Below are positions 35,917 through 40,173 of a stretch of DNA of 40,173 nucleotides, piece after piece (position 1 is the first letter of the stretch; each line of letters opens with the position of its first letter). Both the position numbers and the translations under genes were made by a program. The notes under the pieces were generated by a model. It was not told where the DNA came from and did not search any database. It saw only the letters and a list, made by a program, of their open reading frames with translations. This DNA comes from Basidiobolus ranarum. Taxonomy: Eukaryota. The DNA is taken from contig JASJQH010006914.1 in assembly GCA_040143965.1 (NCBI GenBank), positions 1-40,173 on the forward strand. Direction: 5' to 3'.

Positions 35917-37405
35917 ATGGATTCAGACCTGAAGGAGAAACTTCAAGTAGAATGTGAAAAAATCATTCGATATGGTGATCTAAGGTTTGCTAAGAAGATT
36001 TTCTCTACACTACACAATTTATCAACGTACTAAAAGTATTTATTTTCTTTAACAGCGTTCTTACTCCCCGCATAATCCGTACTAAATTACAAGACAACCT
36101 CGGTTTAGAAAAAGACGCTTTAGAAAGTACCGAGTTGAGGAAATACATTCGAGAAATTGCTGAGCATATTACGGTGGGTATCTTTATCATTGAGTTCTGT
36201 ATTTTTTTTCACTAATTATAACTAATCTTCACATCAAGACCAAAGTTCTTCAGGATAATGAGTCGAACGAAACGACTTCCTCCCCGAAAAAACGCAAAGC
36301 CCCGAGTCCAAAACCAAAAAAAACCTCTTTAAAACGACCTAAGAAAAGAGGCGCCATAATAGAAGAGAGCGACGAAGATGATGAATCTGTACAAATACCA
36401 AACTCTGCAGAAACTAATTCTGTTGAAAATCTTCATATCTCCACTGCAGATAGCGAGAATGAAAGTCAAGATACTGTAGATAATCTGAAAGAATCAATAG
36501 AGTCGGAGATTAGTGAAGTGGAAGATGTTCCCTCTCCAAAGAAATCCAAAAAGCAAGCGACAACGAATAGTGAACGTACACCTACAAAGAAAACCACTGG
36601 ACTCATATCGGTAAATTCAACTGAATAGATGGTTTTACCACGCAACATATGTAGTTGGTGAACAATTCATAGTAATCGTGCATTTCTTATAGGAAAAGGA
36701 TCAAGAAACTATTAAAAACCTAAAGATGTACATCGGAAAATGTGGAGTTAGAAAGATGTGGTAAATAGAATGTATATTTCGCATATAATCTATAAATAAC
36801 TAATGATGGGGTGGAATAGGTTTAGGGAGTTTAAAGGTATTGAGGACAAGCCAAAACTACAGATTAAAAAATTGAAGGAGATTCTTGCCGAGCTGGGAGT
36901 GACAGGTAATACATGAGTATATTCTCTCTTACGAATCAAGTAGCTAATCCATACTATTCACAAGGCCGCGTGACCATTGAAAAGTGTAAAAAGATTCAGG
37001 CTGAACGCGAGCTACGGGCTGAGCGTGAAAGTGAGTTAGCAAGGGAAATATATACTTACACTAAGCATTCATTAAATTCAATTTTATTCCTAGGCTTAAG
37101 CAAAGACAATATCATTGAAGAAGACGAAAAGTATGGAAGGCGGACGCGTGCCAGTCGTAGGGGTACTGCTCAACCTTTGAGTAAATCTAAGGTAAAGGTT
37201 GGTTCAAACTCATAAATTCACTCACTTTATCTCCGGATCCAACATTCCTAACACTCCACTCTCATTACAGACAAATGAAAACACCGATTTCTCGTTTCTC
37301 GAGGAGTTAGATTCGGAAGTATCCGAGGATGAGGATGAAGACGGAGACGAGACAGATGAAGAAGAGGTTGTCTCTGGTCAGAGTGAGGAGAGCGACTCGG
37401 AGTAA
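35917..37405 (+). CDS. HIRIP3-like histone-chaperone-type protein (DEK-C-like N-terminus, CHZ-like region, acidic tail), multi-exon
   Basis: MDSDLKEKLQVECEKIIRYGDL, LTPRIIRTKLQDNLGLE, a K/E/S-rich linker, IKNLKMYIGKCGVRKMW, LKEILAELGVT/GRVTIEKCKKIQAERELRAE and an acidic C-terminus ending ESDSE*. Confidence 0.7.
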
Positions 37406-37904
37406 AGGTTGTGTCTGACCAAACAAATATAGAAGTCTTAGGTATTTTGAGTTTAGCGCCTTGTCGTTATTGTTACAATACAGTGCACACAATCGAGTAT
37501 AATAGTGCATGTTATCAATAAATAAGGTGTCAGTTCACCTATGCCTAAACATACATATATGCCAGATCGGTTTAACTTGCAGTCTACAGTTAGGGTTAGG
37601 GCTCAAACTAGTGAGATAAATGGGTGTGACTTGTTTTTGATGAACAATGGGCCAGAAAGAATACTGCGTCTCCATATGCTGTATGCTAAAGGCTTAATCA
37701 GGAAACATCTGATCATAGACATTGGCATTAAGGTTTCAATATTTAATTATCATATATATATATTGGCTGATTTCCTAACCCAAATTGAAACCACAAATTG
37801 AGACCTACCTCTCGGCAATCTGTATGCTTGATAGCCATCTCCAGTTATAAAATGAGGGGCTTGGACTCTTCAACTTGATTATCAGCATTTTCAAATAGTC
37901 AAGC

Positions 37905-38949
37905 ATGTGGACCAACAACTCTATCAATGTTCATCTTCAGAGTGAAAACATTGTATTCCACGGTACAAGTGAATCCGCGTCTGGACAAATGTTAAGAGGC
38001 TCAGTTACACTTGATATCGTTAGTCGAACCAAAATTTCATCCATCAAACTAATCTTCAAAGGCATAGCATCTACTCTGAGTAAGTACCATTGATTTAGTT
38101 TACCTAAAAGTCAGTTTGCTAATGTTACTTATAGACTCCAAGCAAGACAATGATGTATTTTTCCAAAAAGAGTTGGAGTTTCTACGCGCAGTCGACGAAG
38201 CTAAAGATTTCCTACCTGGCTTGTATAAGTACAATTTCGAGATTCCACTATCGGGGGAATTGCCTGAATCAATGCACTCGTCGCTTTCTCATATCCGATA
38301 CACAATCACTACCGTTGCAAAGCGAAATGGATTTTCCAAGAATCTTAAAGACAAAAAAGAAGTAAACATCCAACGACTATCAGTGTCTACTTCAGAAATC
38401 GAAGAATCACAACCACTCTTCAAATTCGGTGAACTCGAATCGGAATTGGCATTTTGCTTATTCGCTCCATCTGCCATATATAGTCCTGGCGATGACATCC
38501 CTATCAAGGTTGGTGTCGAATCTTTCAAAGAAGACACAGAAGTTAGTGGGATTCATGGGACAATACATGAAGTAGCGAAATATCCAACTCAAGATGGAAA
38601 ATTCAAATGCAAAAGAAGCAAAATCAGAGAAGCCTCCATCAACTGGAATACCAAATCATGCGGTCAAATGTGGATTCAGCCAGTCACTCTCATGGCTAAT
38701 AAGAAGTCGGAAAAAACCGTCTCGGATCGAGAAAATCACTATGTGTCTATTCAGCATGAGCTTACAATCGTTATCACATTGGTTAAGCAAGAACGTATCA
38801 GAAAAAGAATTGTCATTCGTACATCTCTTCAATTTGTTGATTCAAATGCTCTGGAAGCTGCAAAATCTTTACCCTGTTATGATGATTCCTTGGTGGTGCC
38901 GCCTTGCTATAACGATTTTGATGGTTATCCAATCGGCTTTAATCAGTGA
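37905..38949 (+). CDS. Alpha-arrestin (arrestin-N/C domain) protein with PY-like motifs; 2 exons
   Basis: VFHGTSESASGQMLRGSVTL, intron ~38080-38134, PGLYKYNFEIPLSGELPES, IRYTI, YVSIQHELTI and C-terminal LPCY/PPCY. TATAAAA at ~37846. Confidence 0.85.
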
Positions 38950-39726
38950 TTAAACCATAGCAACTTGTACATATGTAACATACAGATTTTGAAACTCATC
39001 CTAATTTCGTTTTTTTATTTAACGCCATACTAATTTAAAATGCAATATTGTTCTATCGCCAACCCAATTATACTCAGAACCCACTTAACCCTTCACGATA
39101 ACTTCAATTAACAATAGCACACCTTAACAAGTTAACTTTAACTCTGTAAATAAAACCGCATTTTGATTTCCTAACTATTTTATGTACGTTTGTCATTCTT
39201 GTGTATGCTCTTTGGATCTACCACTATTCCAAGTATATTCCAACATGTAACATAATTATAATCTAATATAGTAGACTTGCTCCATCGGGCCAGCGATTAT
39301 CCGACCTTGCCTCAATGTAATACAATAATTATAATTGAAATTGATTGTGCTAGATAGTGCCGCATTATTTTATCCTCGATCCCATATTCTATATACAACA
39401 CGGTCTGGCACTATAGAGAACAAGTCCAACAAAGAGGTTGATCAGAAATATTCGAGTCTATCTTACTTAAAAGCTACTGCTACTATATCAGTAATTACTT
39501 GACATGATATTGCTCACTGCATCCAATATTCAGAAAGTATCCAACAGCCAGAAGGCAAGACTCTATTGTTTAGAGGATTAGAACGGATTGTTTTTTATTA
39601 ATATCTATGATATATTCCGGGATGACTTAACAGGGAAATATTCCATACGTGTTGGGAATGAAGAAATTGAAAGAGTTAGGTTTAGGTAGCTTACTACATA
39701 GTGGAATCCATGAATTGCATGATACA

Positions 39727-40173
39727 TTAAGCGTAGACATTGCTTGTATCATATGCCCCAGCACCTCCACCATTTCCACCAGCACCAGGTCCTTCACCTC
39801 CGCCGTTTCCAGCACCAGGTCCTTCACCTCCGCCGGTTCCAGCACCTGGTCCTTCTCCTCCTGTGCCACCATAGCCAGGGCCGGAGTTACCGCCACCAGC
39901 TCCTGCATTAGGCCCTCCGGCGTTACCAGATTCACACTCCTCACCGCCACCATTACCGCCAGCAGCAGCGCCAGGGCCAGCACCATATCCTGGACCTTCA
40001 CCACCACCATTTCCACCAGGACCTGAGCCATTGCCGTTACCACCAGCACCATTTCCGGTGTCATAAGAGTTGGGTCCTCCGTTACCACCAGCACCAGATC
40101 CTGGACCTTCACCTCCACCATTTCCACCGGCACCTGGGCCGGCTCCATATCCAGGACCTTCACCTCCACCATT
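39727..40173 (-). CDS. 3' end of a glycine-rich repetitive protein (GGGEGPGAG repeats), partial
   Basis: The minus-strand frame from 40173 is open for 148 codons plus stop: NGGGEGPGYGAGPGAGGNGGGEGPGSGAGG...GGAGAYDTSNVYA*. Synonymous variation among Gly codons supports this frame over those in the ORF track. Confidence 0.85.
   Translation of the reverse strand, partial: NGGGEGPGYGAGPGAGGNGGGEGPGSGAGGNGGPNSYDTGNGAGGNGNGSGPGGNGGGEGPGYGAGPGAAAGGNGGGEECESGNAGGPNAGAGGGNSGPGYGGTGGEGPGAGTGGGEGPGAGNGGGEGPGAGGNGGGAGAYDTSNVYA

Noticed and set aside
39627-40172. ORF-track proteins 39627..40172 (-, Val-rich) and 39649..40026 (+, Ser/Thr-rich)
   Set aside because: Shadow frames of the Gly-rich repeat. 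Codon wobble pattern supports the GGN frame ending at 39727.

Overview
AT-rich, intron-rich eukaryotic DNA with short GT-AG introns. The gene set (WC-1, RSPRY1, METTL14, CHTOP/FOP, alpha-arrestin) suggests an early-diverging fungus, possibly Basidiobolus-like (inference, not established). Bases 1-8900 are an accessory/repeat zone. It holds a catalase 3' end, a decayed killer-toxin-type (subgroup C) GH18 chitinase pseudogene between two diverged ~0.75-0.95 kb direct repeats, and a foldback/MITE-like element. The most notable system is a head-to-head pair: an intronless nicotianamine synthase (11259-12164, +) and a ZIFL/TOM1/ENA1-family MFS transporter (8962-10656, -), sharing a ~600 bp promoter with a repeated motif. 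This is a candidate two-gene metallophore synthesis and transport module. The rest of the window contains an orphan ORF, a multi-exon Zn-knuckle-like gene, a White Collar-1 photoreceptor apparently lacking its GATA finger, CHTOP/FOP-like, RSPRY1-like, METTL14, a secreted CE4 deacetylase, CDC27, a HIRIP3-like protein, an alpha-arrestin and the 3' end of a silk-like Gly/Pro-rich protein. Exon boundaries and family assignments were read by eye from remembered motifs; no searches were run.
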